Assembly: GCA_050251055.1 (NCBI GenBank)
Contig: JBFWNL010000006.1
Span: forward strand, 128,001-192,000
Length of the DNA: 64,000 nucleotides
Direction of reading: 5' to 3'
Source: Bacteriovoracia bacterium
GTDB lineage: Bacteria > Bdellovibrionota > UBA1018 > JBFWNL01
Shown one piece after another: positions 36,194 to 47,584 of this stretch (within the stretch, counting starts at the first letter, position 1; each line of letters opens with the position of its first letter). The notes under the pieces were generated by a model. The model was not told the DNA's origin. It worked only from the letters and a program-made list of their open reading frames with translations, and ran no database searches. The position numbers and the translations under genes are program-made.

Positions 36194-37597
36194 GTGGAGG
36201 GCGGTCCATCCGTTGATCGCAAGCCGGATTTAGCGGGAAAGGTATTGGAGCTTTCCCTGCGGGACGCCGCGGAGCGTGCGGGCACCCTTTCGTTGATCTT
36301 CGCCCTGCTCTTCGGCAGTTACGGCTTTACTAGCCTTGATTTCATCAACCGCTTCGACCCCAGCGTTACTCTTTGGCAGAACGTGGTGCCCCGGCTGTTT
36401 TTCTGCGCGCTGCCTTTTTTCCTGCTCGGGCTCTTCATTAAGAAATCAAATGCTTCCGACCTCACGAAGTTCAACGCCTGGGTTTTTGGCTTTCCGGTGA
36501 TCTTGCACGTCACGGCCTGGATCCACATCTGGCCGATTGCGCTTTGGAAGTCCGCGAACATTCTGACTTACGTTAACGAGGCGAATTTGTTCCTTTATGG
36601 CGCCGTCTTCGCGGGCGTCGGCCCGCCCCGCCGTTATCTCGTGCGATTTTGCGCGGGGTTGGTCGCGATTTTCATCCTGCCGCTTTTCGTGGTCGCTTTT
36701 TTGACCTGGGACAAGGTCATCCTGAATCTTTTGATTGGCGACACGTTCCTATCGCTCAGCACGAGCATCTTTGTCTCCCACATGATCGATAAACTGCGTG
36801 CGGAAGTGGCTTACTATAAGTTGGAAAAAGAGATGGCGGCCAGCCAGTTCCTGGGACCCGTACTTTCGAAGGCGATCTTCGAGAACCAGCAGAACCGGCT
36901 CGAGCGCGTCCGGTGCCGCGGCTACATTGTCTGCATCGACATCCGCGACTCCACCACGCTGCAATCCGAGTTCGGCGAGCGTTGGCTGGAGTTCCGTAAA
37001 CGGTACTTCGCCCTGGTCAGTCAGTGCGTCTCAAGAAACCACGGTTATATCCAAAAAACCGTGGGCGATTGCCACGTCATTAATTTTGGCGTCATGGACT
37101 ACGGCGTGGATCTTTCGGATATACCGGGACTGGAGAGTGAGTTGGAGCGGGCGGATGATCGCCGTTTAAAGCGCGCGAGCGACAGCGTTTTCCGTTTCTT
37201 CGACGAGCTGTTCACGGCCTTCGAAGGGCTCGATCGTTCGCAGATTGAAGACCGCCCGATCTCCTTGGGCGCCGGCGTTGATAAGGGCTGGGTGGAGCGC
37301 GGCGTGCAGGGTGACGCCGCCACGAACAGTCTCGAGCTGGACGTGAACGGAGATCCCGTGAATTGCGCCAATCGCCTGCAGGAGTATTCCAAGTACCTCA
37401 AGCGCGACATGGAATGGGGAGGATCCCTGCTCGTTATCTCTCCGTTCGCCGCCGATTACATCTCCGACTTCAGTTCTTTCTTGAAGCACTCGACGACCGA
37501 CAACCCGGTTCGCAACTATAACGGCATCAAATGGGTGCTCTCGCGCAAGTACGGGGGCGCGCAGCGCCAGCGCCCGCCTCTGAAATTAGCCGCCTAA
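36194..37597 (+). CDS. Membrane-bound class III nucleotidyl (adenylate) cyclase
   Basis: About 6 TM helices, then CIDIRDST, QKTVGD, GAGVDKG and DVNGDPVNCANRLQ. Confidence 0.75.
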   Translation: MEGGPSVDRKPDLAGKVLELSLRDAAERAGTLSLIFALLFGSYGFTSLDFINRFDPSVTLWQNVVPRLFFCALPFFLLGLFIKKSNASDLTKFNAWVFGFPVILHVTAWIHIWPIALWKSANILTYVNEANLFLYGAVFAGVGPPRRYLVRFCAGLVAIFILPLFVVAFLTWDKVILNLLIGDTFLSLSTSIFVSHMIDKLRAEVAYYKLEKEMAASQFLGPVLSKAIFENQQNRLERVRCRGYIVCIDIRDSTTLQSEFGERWLEFRKRYFALVSQCVSRNHGYIQKTVGDCHVINFGVMDYGVDLSDIPGLESELERADDRRLKRASDSVFRFFDELFTAFEGLDRSQIEDRPISLGAGVDKGWVERGVQGDAATNSLELDVNGDPVNCANRLQEYSKYLKRDMEWGGSLLVISPFAADYISDFSSFLKHSTTDNPVRNYNGIKWVLSRKYGGAQRQRPPLKLAA

Positions 37598-37667
37598 GCG
37601 TTGGTCAGTGACTAATTCGTGTACGGATTAGTTACGGTAATTATTGGCTATTTTCGTAACTTAAATC

Positions 37668-37683
37668 TGGCCCCGTGTATGCA
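37668..37683 (+). promoter_or_regulatory. Sigma-54-like promoter
   Basis: TGGCCC-CGTGT-ATGCA with GG-N10-GC spacing, 41 nt before the ATG at 37725. Confidence 0.45.
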
Positions 37684-37724
37684 TCCTCAAGCTTAGGGGA
37701 AGTAACGGGCTTTGAGGTTCGGAT

Positions 37725-38297
37725 ATGACTTTGGGAAGGTTCGTATCGGGTTCGGGTTTTACCGCCACATTTTTTATCGGTCTATTGGTCGGGAGCGTTG
37801 GCTTTGCCGGCGAGTGCCGCGGTCCTGCTTACGCTAGCGAAGGATTATTTGAAAAGGATCACCCCCAGGTGAGGCGCGTGTCCGACGCGGTGGAGCGCGG
37901 ACGGGTGCACGGCCAAGATGTCGTTTTGAGCAACGGCATCGAGGTTCACTACACATGGGCGGGATGCCGATCCGAGGTGACGCCGGAATTTAAAGAAGAG
38001 TTAGTAGTGGAGACGATGGATCAACGGACCGCGAAGACCGCGGCCGAATACCTTCGCCTCGCTTACACCGTATTCAAGTCGCTTCCCATCCGTGACGACG
38101 CGATTTCAGAATTTGATCACTTCGAGATCGCATTCGAGCAGGCCATGGTTCGCGCCAATAGCTACGCAGGAAAACCGCTCTCCGAGCGCGCCGAAATCGA
38201 CATTGCCACCAGCGAGGCGGGCACCTACCGCGTGAAGTTCATGCGCGAAAAAGGCAAACGGCTGAAAATTAGATTTCAGTTCGTGCGCCCAGCTTAG
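37725..38297 (+). CDS. Secreted hypothetical protein
   Basis: GAGG RBS; signal peptide ending VGFA. Confidence 0.65.
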   Translation: MTLGRFVSGSGFTATFFIGLLVGSVGFAGECRGPAYASEGLFEKDHPQVRRVSDAVERGRVHGQDVVLSNGIEVHYTWAGCRSEVTPEFKEELVVETMDQRTAKTAAEYLRLAYTVFKSLPIRDDAISEFDHFEIAFEQAMVRANSYAGKPLSERAEIDIATSEAGTYRVKFMREKGKRLKIRFQFVRPA

Positions 38298-39448
38298 CCG
38301 AGGTTTTTCAGGTAGGCGAACGGATCGGCCCAGGCGCTCGTCCAGTTCATCTTCATCTCGACGTCATTCAGTAGCGCGCTTTCCATCCGGCGTATCCAGT
38401 CGATTGGCGCAGATTGATCGCAGATGAAAACGACTTCGCTGTGGCGGTCGCCGTGCCGCTTATCCCAGTGGCGGGCAAGCTCCGGATGGGCTTCCTGCGC
38501 CGCCATTGCGTCCTCCGAATCCATGCTCGCGAGCCACGGTCCGTCGTCGGTGAGATGAATGGAATTAGGGCCGATCTGGCTGAAATTGACGGCCACCTCG
38601 TTGTGATTCGCGATCCAGATCGTCCCAAAGGTGCGGAAAATATCGGTTGGCCATTTCTCGATGAGCTTGGCCAGGCGCTCGGGATGAAACGGCCGCGTGG
38701 CCCGGAAGTGGATGCTGGGGACCAGGGCTTCGGGATCTTCCAGGGTGTGCCGCCAGGTCGATCCCCGCTCGGTTTGTTCGGCATCAAATAAGTGCTGACC
38801 CAACAGATCGTCGGGGAGGGTTTTAGTGGAGGCCGAGAAATGGATTCGCGCGCGCGGTTGCAGGCGGCGCAAGCCGCGCTCGATCCCAAGCAGCTCCCAG
38901 TCCAGCATGCGGGAAGCTTGGTTCAAGAGGATTTGATCGCAGTATTCGATTTGTTCGACCAAAAGCTCGTTGACGTCGTCTTTCATCCCGCCTTCCTCGA
39001 GCACTTCCTGCGAATAGACATCATTCCAAAACTGACGGGAGTCGATGACGGTAATGATGGAGTCGATGCGGTATCCGGCGTCGAGAATGTCTTCGACGAC
39101 GTGGCGAGTATCGATCAGGGCGGGGAGGTCGATGATCGCGGCACGCGCGTCTTTCGCGTCGGTCTCAATCTTGCGGAGAAACTCGAAAACCTTGTCAGCA
39201 CAAGCGCAGTCGGGACAGTCTTCCTCGTCGGGAGGATCGTCTTGCCCAGTGCCTCGCGTGGCGCGCGGAACGTGCGGCTTCTTGGGCCTTCGGGGCGGGA
39301 GCAAGCTGCGGGCGTCGATGTGGAGGACGCCCGTGCGATCTGCTAGCGCGCTGGCGACCTCCGAGCGGTCATGGTCGGTGAGGCCTTGCACCAAGGTCAA
39401 CTCCAGCACCGGTTTCTTATATTGATAAAGCGAAATAATCTGGGACAT
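38294..39448 (-). CDS. COG0523 (CobW/ZigA)-like protein with degenerate GTPase motifs
   Basis: IDSIITVIDS, LLVEQIEYCD, RPFHPERL and WDKRHGDRHSEVVFI motifs; Walker A absent. Confidence 0.75.
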   Translation of the reverse strand: MSQIISLYQYKKPVLELTLVQGLTDHDRSEVASALADRTGVLHIDARSLLPPRRPKKPHVPRATRGTGQDDPPDEEDCPDCACADKVFEFLRKIETDAKDARAAIIDLPALIDTRHVVEDILDAGYRIDSIITVIDSRQFWNDVYSQEVLEEGGMKDDVNELLVEQIEYCDQILLNQASRMLDWELLGIERGLRRLQPRARIHFSASTKTLPDDLLGQHLFDAEQTERGSTWRHTLEDPEALVPSIHFRATRPFHPERLAKLIEKWPTDIFRTFGTIWIANHNEVAVNFSQIGPNSIHLTDDGPWLASMDSEDAMAAQEAHPELARHWDKRHGDRHSEVVFICDQSAPIDWIRRMESALLNDVEMKMNWTSAWADPFAYLKNLG

Positions 39449-39510
39449 GGCGGTCGCCCAAGCTCATATCATAACCGGGGCCCGTACGCCAAATCGTGCC
39501 GGGTTTTCGG

Positions 39511-42462
39511 TTATTTTCCAAATAACTCGCGGCGTAGCGTCGGGTATCCCCAACCTTTGGGTTGCTGCTCGGTGGAAAGATCCGTCAGATACTCAAAGAT
39601 CGTCACGGGTACCGAACCGTTGACGGCGGCGGGAATTCGTCGCGTCGCCCGTACCGGGTTGCCCCAGAAGCCGACAAAAGCATCTTTCTCGTGGAAGAGC
39701 TCGCCCGCGTGGCGTCCGGGAACGCTCGTGTTGTAACCCACGCCCTGCTTGGGAAAAAGGTTAATCGTGCCCGGAAGGTCGGAGTCGTAAAGATGCGCGA
39801 TCTGCACGACCGAATCGGGGCGCTCGGTGAACGACGAAAGTAGGCGCCATTCCCCGTCCGTACACCAGGTATTTGGATCTTCCTCTTTGGCGGCGGTCAC
39901 GCACTTGCTCAGAAGGCCCTGGTACTGATCGAGCGATCGGCCCACGAGTGGTGGATCGTACGGCGACGGCTTATGAAGTGAGAGTAAGCTGTTTCCCGTC
40001 GAAAATTTATAGTGGATGCGGTTACCCACGCGCCTGACGTATTCATCCACGCGTTTGCCGTCGCGCGTGCCGACCAGGTGGTAGGTTCCGCCTTGCGTGT
40101 CGCAGGCGGTTTCGCGCGTCACCAAGTAATCCAAGGATTCACTTAGGCGCGTGGCAAGCGTATCGATGACGTCGATCGTACGGCCGTCCAGCGTGCGTAG
40201 ATGCGTGAGATCCGCGTGCAAGGGTTGCTGGATCCAGCCGGCGCCGTGGTCCTTGAAGAAATCCATCATGTAATTGCCGCCGGCCGTGGAGGCGACGATC
40301 ACGTCGTAACCGCGGTTAGTGGGCGGGTGATCCGGGTTGGTCAAGATCGGCGCACCGCCTTCATCCGCGGAAATTTTTCGAATCTTGAGATTCAGCTCTC
40401 CGAGCGCTTCCACTTCGGGATTGAGCATATGAAACACAGGGGCCAGGCCGTGATCGCCGGCCATGCCGAAGAGGGTGCGCGAGAGCAGGCCGGCGCTTTG
40501 GTAAGTGGACTCCATTCGCGACAGCCAGTAATCTAGGCGGTTCAGCTCGCCGGAAGGAGCGAGAATCTCGTCGGCGAACGGGCCGGTGAAGTGGGCGAAG
40601 TGATCGGGGAACGGGTTGTAGTACTGGACGTACTGGGGCATGCCGTCGTCCTCCATCTCCGCCAACTCCGCGATCAGCTGGATAGCGCGCCGATAGGTCA
40701 TGAGCGGATTGTCGATGGGGTTGAGCTTGCCCATGAATCCGCCGAATCCCTTGGCCCCGTACTTCGCCAAGGTCGCGCGCTTGGCGAGCAAATCTCGGCG
40801 CTTTTTCTGCAACTCCAGCTCTACTTTTGCGCGTCGTTCGAGCTCATTCGCGCAAAGTACGTCGCCGAAGTCGCGTACTTTTTCACCCAAGATCAGGTTC
40901 AAAAGGCCGTCGAATGTGCCCTTGGCGCCGCGTTCGTGGGCCGAGTTGCAGTTGAAGGTATTGAGCGAGCTTAGGCGCTCGAACATGGTTTGGGCGCCAT
41001 TTTTCGCCGTTATTTTTTCCATCAGCAGCGCGTCGTTTCCGTAAAAATAGTAGGCGCGATCTTCGGGCCGGTCGACGAAGTGGAAGTTCGGGAGGCCGAT
41101 CGAAGCCTCGCCCAGTACGGGTGCGCCCATCATGGCCACGGGCAGGTTACGTACGCTGATCGTAGGCGTGGTGGATATTCCTCCGCGGGCGAAACCGCCG
41201 GGTTGGTTCGCGAACTTTCGGCGCAGGTAAGCAAGGTAGTTCGCGTTCGCGTACCCTTTGCTGGCGAAGTGTTCGAGAAATGCGGTGCTTTGCTTAGGCG
41301 CCGGAGTTGAATTCTGCGTGGCGGGCTTGGTTTGGTCGGCCTGCCGGTATTCGCGCAAGGTTTCTTGAATGAATGGGGAATTGGCATTTCCTTCGGCGAG
41401 GGCTCTTACCAAGTGTCCCTGCAGGCCATCGACGACGATATGAAACCCGTAACGCCGATCGTTCTGGGCGTGCTCGAGGTACTCCCAGAATCGAGGCGAG
41501 TTTTTCTGCGGATTTTTGAGCCAGGCGTCGAGCTGAGTCGTGAGCCAGTTTTTCAGGGCTTCGGATCGCGCGAGCTTACGCGCGAAAACGGAATAGTGTT
41601 TGAAGACCTCCATTTCGACGAAATCGACGACGGACAAAGTTAGGGTCTCCATCATCGCGTCGTCGTCGATCCACTTCTTCAGGCCCTTGGCGTTGTCGCT
41701 CGATTGATCCATGGAGGCTTGCAACCGGTTAAGCACTGACTTGAAGATGGGCTTCACGCGAGAGATCGTGGCCCGGTTCCGCTGGGGAGCGGCGTCGATG
41801 CGATAGTTCGGATCTTGTAAGAAAAGCGCGTCGTAGATGGCGACGATATCGGCCGTGATTTTCGGATCCAGGTGGAAGCCGCTCTTTTGTCCTGCGGGCG
41901 TCTCTTTCGGAAGGTCCCATTTGAACAGCGAGTGCTCGGTGCCCGGGGGAGATCCCGCGCGGTTGAACTTGCTTCGGAAGTAGCGATCGAAGTTGTTTTG
42001 GGTGGCTTCCTTGGGCGCCATATAGTGATCCTTCACGGCAAGCAGGAACGGAAAGGTCTTGTCCATGAATTCACCGGTCTCGATCCGCCGTAGAATGCGT
42101 TTGCGCACAGCTTCGTCGATCGGGAGATCGGCTAGGAATTCCTTCACTTTGGATTTGAGCACGATCGGAGCGATGAGATCCATCTTGATGGCTTCGACGG
42201 CGCCGCCGGTGCCTTTGAAGATGTCATGTGCGAGCGCTTCGACGCCACCGATGAGGACGTCGTCGCCCGTGGGTACGCGCGCGGGAACTCCCGTGCCGGT
42301 GCCGCCACCGGGCGCGGCGATTCCGTACATGTCCGCGTAGGGCGATCGCGCGGGTGGACGGGCGCCGCCGCCGGCGAAACCCAGATTAAGACTCAGGCCG
42401 AAAAGGACTCCCACCCCGGCGAATCCTAGAAGGAAGCGCCCCCGCGTTTGCATTTGGACCAT
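39511..42462 (-). CDS. Large secreted alkaline-phosphatase-superfamily (nucleotide pyrophosphatase-like) protein
   Basis: IVVDGLQG, TPTIS nucleophile loop, FPDHFAH, AGDHG and GRHAG metal ligands; start uncertain. Confidence 0.75.
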   Translation of the reverse strand: MVQMQTRGRFLLGFAGVGVLFGLSLNLGFAGGGARPPARSPYADMYGIAAPGGGTGTGVPARVPTGDDVLIGGVEALAHDIFKGTGGAVEAIKMDLIAPIVLKSKVKEFLADLPIDEAVRKRILRRIETGEFMDKTFPFLLAVKDHYMAPKEATQNNFDRYFRSKFNRAGSPPGTEHSLFKWDLPKETPAGQKSGFHLDPKITADIVAIYDALFLQDPNYRIDAAPQRNRATISRVKPIFKSVLNRLQASMDQSSDNAKGLKKWIDDDAMMETLTLSVVDFVEMEVFKHYSVFARKLARSEALKNWLTTQLDAWLKNPQKNSPRFWEYLEHAQNDRRYGFHIVVDGLQGHLVRALAEGNANSPFIQETLREYRQADQTKPATQNSTPAPKQSTAFLEHFASKGYANANYLAYLRRKFANQPGGFARGGISTTPTISVRNLPVAMMGAPVLGEASIGLPNFHFVDRPEDRAYYFYGNDALLMEKITAKNGAQTMFERLSSLNTFNCNSAHERGAKGTFDGLLNLILGEKVRDFGDVLCANELERRAKVELELQKKRRDLLAKRATLAKYGAKGFGGFMGKLNPIDNPLMTYRRAIQLIAELAEMEDDGMPQYVQYYNPFPDHFAHFTGPFADEILAPSGELNRLDYWLSRMESTYQSAGLLSRTLFGMAGDHGLAPVFHMLNPEVEALGELNLKIRKISADEGGAPILTNPDHPPTNRGYDVIVASTAGGNYMMDFFKDHGAGWIQQPLHADLTHLRTLDGRTIDVIDTLATRLSESLDYLVTRETACDTQGGTYHLVGTRDGKRVDEYVRRVGNRIHYKFSTGNSLLSLHKPSPYDPPLVGRSLDQYQGLLSKCVTAAKEEDPNTWCTDGEWRLLSSFTERPDSVVQIAHLYDSDLPGTINLFPKQGVGYNTSVPGRHAGELFHEKDAFVGFWGNPVRATRRIPAAVNGSVPVTIFEYLTDLSTEQQPKGWGYPTLRRELFGK

Positions 42463-42553
42463 GCATTCTTTTCGGAATTTAGGCGCAAGGCCATAAGGCA
42501 CTACGAGCCCGGGCCGAACCCGTCAGGGAATTGGCGCCTTTTAAAATCGCGAG

Positions 42554-44389
<1,836 letters not shown>

Positions 44390-44522
44390 GATGCCCTTCC
44401 TGTACCAGTATTCGATCGAATCCTTCAAGTGTTAAAACGGGTTTGGACGCAGGGCGAATTGACATAAAAACCTAATATTTCTAAATTCTTAAGCACTAGA
44501 TGGAACTTAACCAGGGGGTACA

Positions 44523-45152
44523 GTGGTGAAACGGTATGTAACGCACGGATGGATACTAGGATTGGGGTGTTTGGTTGTGGTCGTGGGCGCTTCGGCATGC
44601 GGGGAACCCGTCCCGGGGACGCCGATAGTTACACCAAAAAAAGAGCCCGATCTTTCCGCGCAACGCCGGGCCGTTCTGGAAAAACTTCCGGCGCGCGCGC
44701 GCCTTTGGGTTTCGACTTTGGAGATCGAACCTGATTTTGAGTTAGGTCAGTTTCCGAATCGGGAAAGTGTCGAAGCGCAGGTCGTGGCAAAAAATGCTCG
44801 GCGCATCGACGTCGACCAAGTGCTAGTCGTAGAGGACGGCCAAAAGGTGAATGCCACTCTCTCACTGCAAGGGATGGGGGAGCAGCTATTCACCCTCGAC
44901 TACGGGATCACGACGGGAACGACCACCGTGTCCTCGGACTTGAACGTGGTCACGGCGGATCCGCGCTATACGTTTCAGGTGCTCGATCCCAGCGGCAAAG
45001 CCGTCTTGAGTACACAAAAACCGGTAACTTCCGGCTTCTTCGTACGCATACTCACGAGCGAAGGTCGTCGCTTGCTCATTACCGTGGAAGCGGTGATGCC
45101 GATGGTCGTGAAGGGCACGGTTTATCCGGCCGACTTAGTTTCCCAAATATAA
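44523..45152 (+). CDS. Hypothetical lipoprotein
   Basis: Hydrophobic stretch followed by lipobox ASAC. Confidence 0.6.
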   Translation: MVKRYVTHGWILGLGCLVVVVGASACGEPVPGTPIVTPKKEPDLSAQRRAVLEKLPARARLWVSTLEIEPDFELGQFPNRESVEAQVVAKNARRIDVDQVLVVEDGQKVNATLSLQGMGEQLFTLDYGITTGTTTVSSDLNVVTADPRYTFQVLDPSGKAVLSTQKPVTSGFFVRILTSEGRRLLITVEAVMPMVVKGTVYPADLVSQI

Positions 45153-46829
45153 ACGAAAACCACCGACGTCTTTCAGGGCCTGAAGCCGGAGTTTTCGCCC
45201 GTTGATCTGGATCGATCCATCCGGATCTCTTCGCCGTTTTCCGCTCAGTAAGACGCCCACCGAGGGCTCGGCGTGCCGAAACTTCCAATGCGGCGGCTCG
45301 GGCCACGGGATTTCCTCAGAGCCGAAAATCGGGTTTTCGCGCGAAGCGAGCGAGTAGGTGACGCTTTCCCAAAAGTCGTCGGTCCAAACGTACTTTACCC
45401 CGGAGCGGCGAAAGGTGTCGATTACCTCCCACATCTGCGCGGACTTGGCGACGACTCGCGGTTGCGTCGCCCATGCGTATCGTTGGTGTAACTGGTAAAA
45501 GAGCGAAAGCGAAAGCAGCACCAACAGCACTGAGCGGACCGCCGGGCGTGCGAGAGGCCCTACGCTTTGAAAGAGTAAAGCCATCGCTAGAATGAGAGTC
45601 GGGAAGATCGGGAAAAGGTAGCGGGCAGCTCCGGGCGAAGTCATGGTGATGCCTAAGAAAGCGGCGAAATTCAGCGCCACCACCATCACCGGCGCGGTGA
45701 GCTGGGTTTGGCGATGCTTGATCCAAGCAAGCAGTAGGTAGGCCATCGCGATGACCACGATCAAAACCGGCTCCCACCGAAATGGCGCCGAATCCACGAT
45801 CTGATTCGGTAAACCGGTCAGTAACTCATAGGTGCCCGTAAATAAGCGGCTCACGCCCAGGGAGTCCATGCCCATTTTGGTCCAAGAAGAATTAGAACCG
45901 TGCCGTAACGAATAGATGACCTGCGGGAGGAAACCCAAAGCCAGTCCGCCTAAGGTGATCGCGCCTCGGGCATAGGGTATTTCACGCCAGCGGGTCCGTC
46001 CCCGGATCGCGACCCACGCGGCAAAGATCAAAATCGCGAAATCCAGGTTTGGACCCGGGTCGAGCTTAATCGCTTTGCCCCTGAGGTGCCCGAGCTCGCG
46101 ACCGATCAAAAGGCCCGCCGCGAAAAGCGTGAGCGCGCCCACGAAAAGAAAGGTCGTGATCCGTGCGCCGACAGAGCGACCGCGGACGAGGGCGAGGAAT
46201 TCATCCCACGCGTACCGCCATGGAAATAGGACGGCGACGACGTAAATCAGGAATGGCCGGAAATTGTAGGCGCAAAAGCCGCCGAGCACCGAGAACCAGA
46301 AGAGGCGGCCGCGGGGCATGTCCATGAGCGGCGCGCGAAACCCGGCGCCCAGCCCCAAAAGCAATGCCCCGCCGATGGGCAGCATCATATATATGTCGAT
46401 TCCCGCGAGGTGCGACCAAAACACAAATCCAATCGACGCGACGATCGCGCCCACCCAGCGGGCCCGCTGCCAGCCAGCCTTATCCCAAGCAAATCGCGAG
46501 ACCATCCAGGTGTTCGCCCAGGCGATCAAGGTCGGCGTTACCCAATAGGAAAAAAGCCAATGCGCGCGCAGGAAATCCACGCCCAGCCGCTCAAGACCGC
46601 CCACCCACAGCGCGCGTAGCCATGTGTAAGCGGTGCCGCCGTAAGTTTGCGTGAACGGAAAGAAGCTCCATTCCCCGAAACGGTAAAAATGCTCCGCCGC
46701 GAGTGGATAAAATGCCTGGTCGGAGTCATGGAGGGCCAACCCCTTGGGAACGAGAAAGAAGTTCGATAGCCAAGTGAAGATCGGAATCAGGAGATAAGGA
46801 AGTAATGAGCGAACGCGCGTGGCGTCCAT
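45135..46829 (-). CDS. Polytopic membrane protein, probable GT-C glycosyltransferase
   Basis: HDSDQA in the first periplasmic loop, QTYGGT, ARYLFP and multiple TM helices; coupled to a GT2 gene. Confidence 0.6.
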   Translation of the reverse strand: MDATRVRSLLPYLLIPIFTWLSNFFLVPKGLALHDSDQAFYPLAAEHFYRFGEWSFFPFTQTYGGTAYTWLRALWVGGLERLGVDFLRAHWLFSYWVTPTLIAWANTWMVSRFAWDKAGWQRARWVGAIVASIGFVFWSHLAGIDIYMMLPIGGALLLGLGAGFRAPLMDMPRGRLFWFSVLGGFCAYNFRPFLIYVVAVLFPWRYAWDEFLALVRGRSVGARITTFLFVGALTLFAAGLLIGRELGHLRGKAIKLDPGPNLDFAILIFAAWVAIRGRTRWREIPYARGAITLGGLALGFLPQVIYSLRHGSNSSWTKMGMDSLGVSRLFTGTYELLTGLPNQIVDSAPFRWEPVLIVVIAMAYLLLAWIKHRQTQLTAPVMVVALNFAAFLGITMTSPGAARYLFPIFPTLILAMALLFQSVGPLARPAVRSVLLVLLSLSLFYQLHQRYAWATQPRVVAKSAQMWEVIDTFRRSGVKYVWTDDFWESVTYSLASRENPIFGSEEIPWPEPPHWKFRHAEPSVGVLLSGKRRRDPDGSIQINGRKLRLQALKDVGGFRLYLGN

Positions 46830-47569
46830 TAGAAGCCCAGGCGCCGCCGCACGAGCAGGCTTAATGAATCGAGGATGGTCTGCAGCACCTTCATCTTGGA
46901 GAGGCCGGGCTTGAGGTCGTAGCGTAGAATGAGCGGAACTTCGGCGAAGATGAGATCGGACTGGCGAAGCTTCAGGAGGATGTCGACCATGCAGGAGAAG
47001 CCGCGCTCGGAAATGAACTCGTTTTTATACTTGTGAATCAACCCACCGATGACTTTCGCGCGGTAGGCACGATACCCGCACGTGTAATCGCGCACGCCCC
47101 GGATGGGGAAGAGGAGCTTGAAGAGGACGGCGGCGCCCCAGCTCAGCACGAGCCGATTCAAGGGCACGCCCACCACGCGACTGCCGGCGCGGTACCGGCT
47201 GGCGATGACGACGTCGTTGCCCTCGCGGATGAGGCGAATCATGCGCAGCGCGAGCCCGGCCGGGTGCGTGTTATCCGCGTCCATCGTGATAATGATGTCG
47301 TTCTCTCCCGCGCGTTGCACGGCTTCGAAGAGTCCCCGGCGGATGGTTTCGGCCAAGCCCCGGTTGGGATCGTTGCGTAGCGATGTCACTTCGGGGCAGC
47401 GTTTTGCGTAATCTTCGAGCAGCTGGGGGGTGCCGTCGGCGCTGCCGTCATCGACCACGATGATGGAGAAATCGCGCTGTTCTTCCTTCAGTGATTCGAC
47501 GAGTGAATCGAGGAGCGGCGTGAGGGCTTTCTCCTCATTATAGGCTGGCAATACCACCCAAGTTTTCAT
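46829..47569 (-). CDS. GT2 polyprenyl-phosphate glycosyltransferase (DPM1/ArnC-like)
   Basis: LPAYNE, VDDGSADGT, MDADNTH, IASRY and DYTCGYRAY motifs. Confidence 0.9.
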   Translation of the reverse strand: MKTWVVLPAYNEEKALTPLLDSLVESLKEEQRDFSIIVVDDGSADGTPQLLEDYAKRCPEVTSLRNDPNRGLAETIRRGLFEAVQRAGENDIIITMDADNTHPAGLALRMIRLIREGNDVVIASRYRAGSRVVGVPLNRLVLSWGAAVLFKLLFPIRGVRDYTCGYRAYRAKVIGGLIHKYKNEFISERGFSCMVDILLKLRQSDLIFAEVPLILRYDLKPGLSKMKVLQTILDSLSLLVRRRLGF

Positions 47570-47584
47570 AGGTTTGACTTTTAC

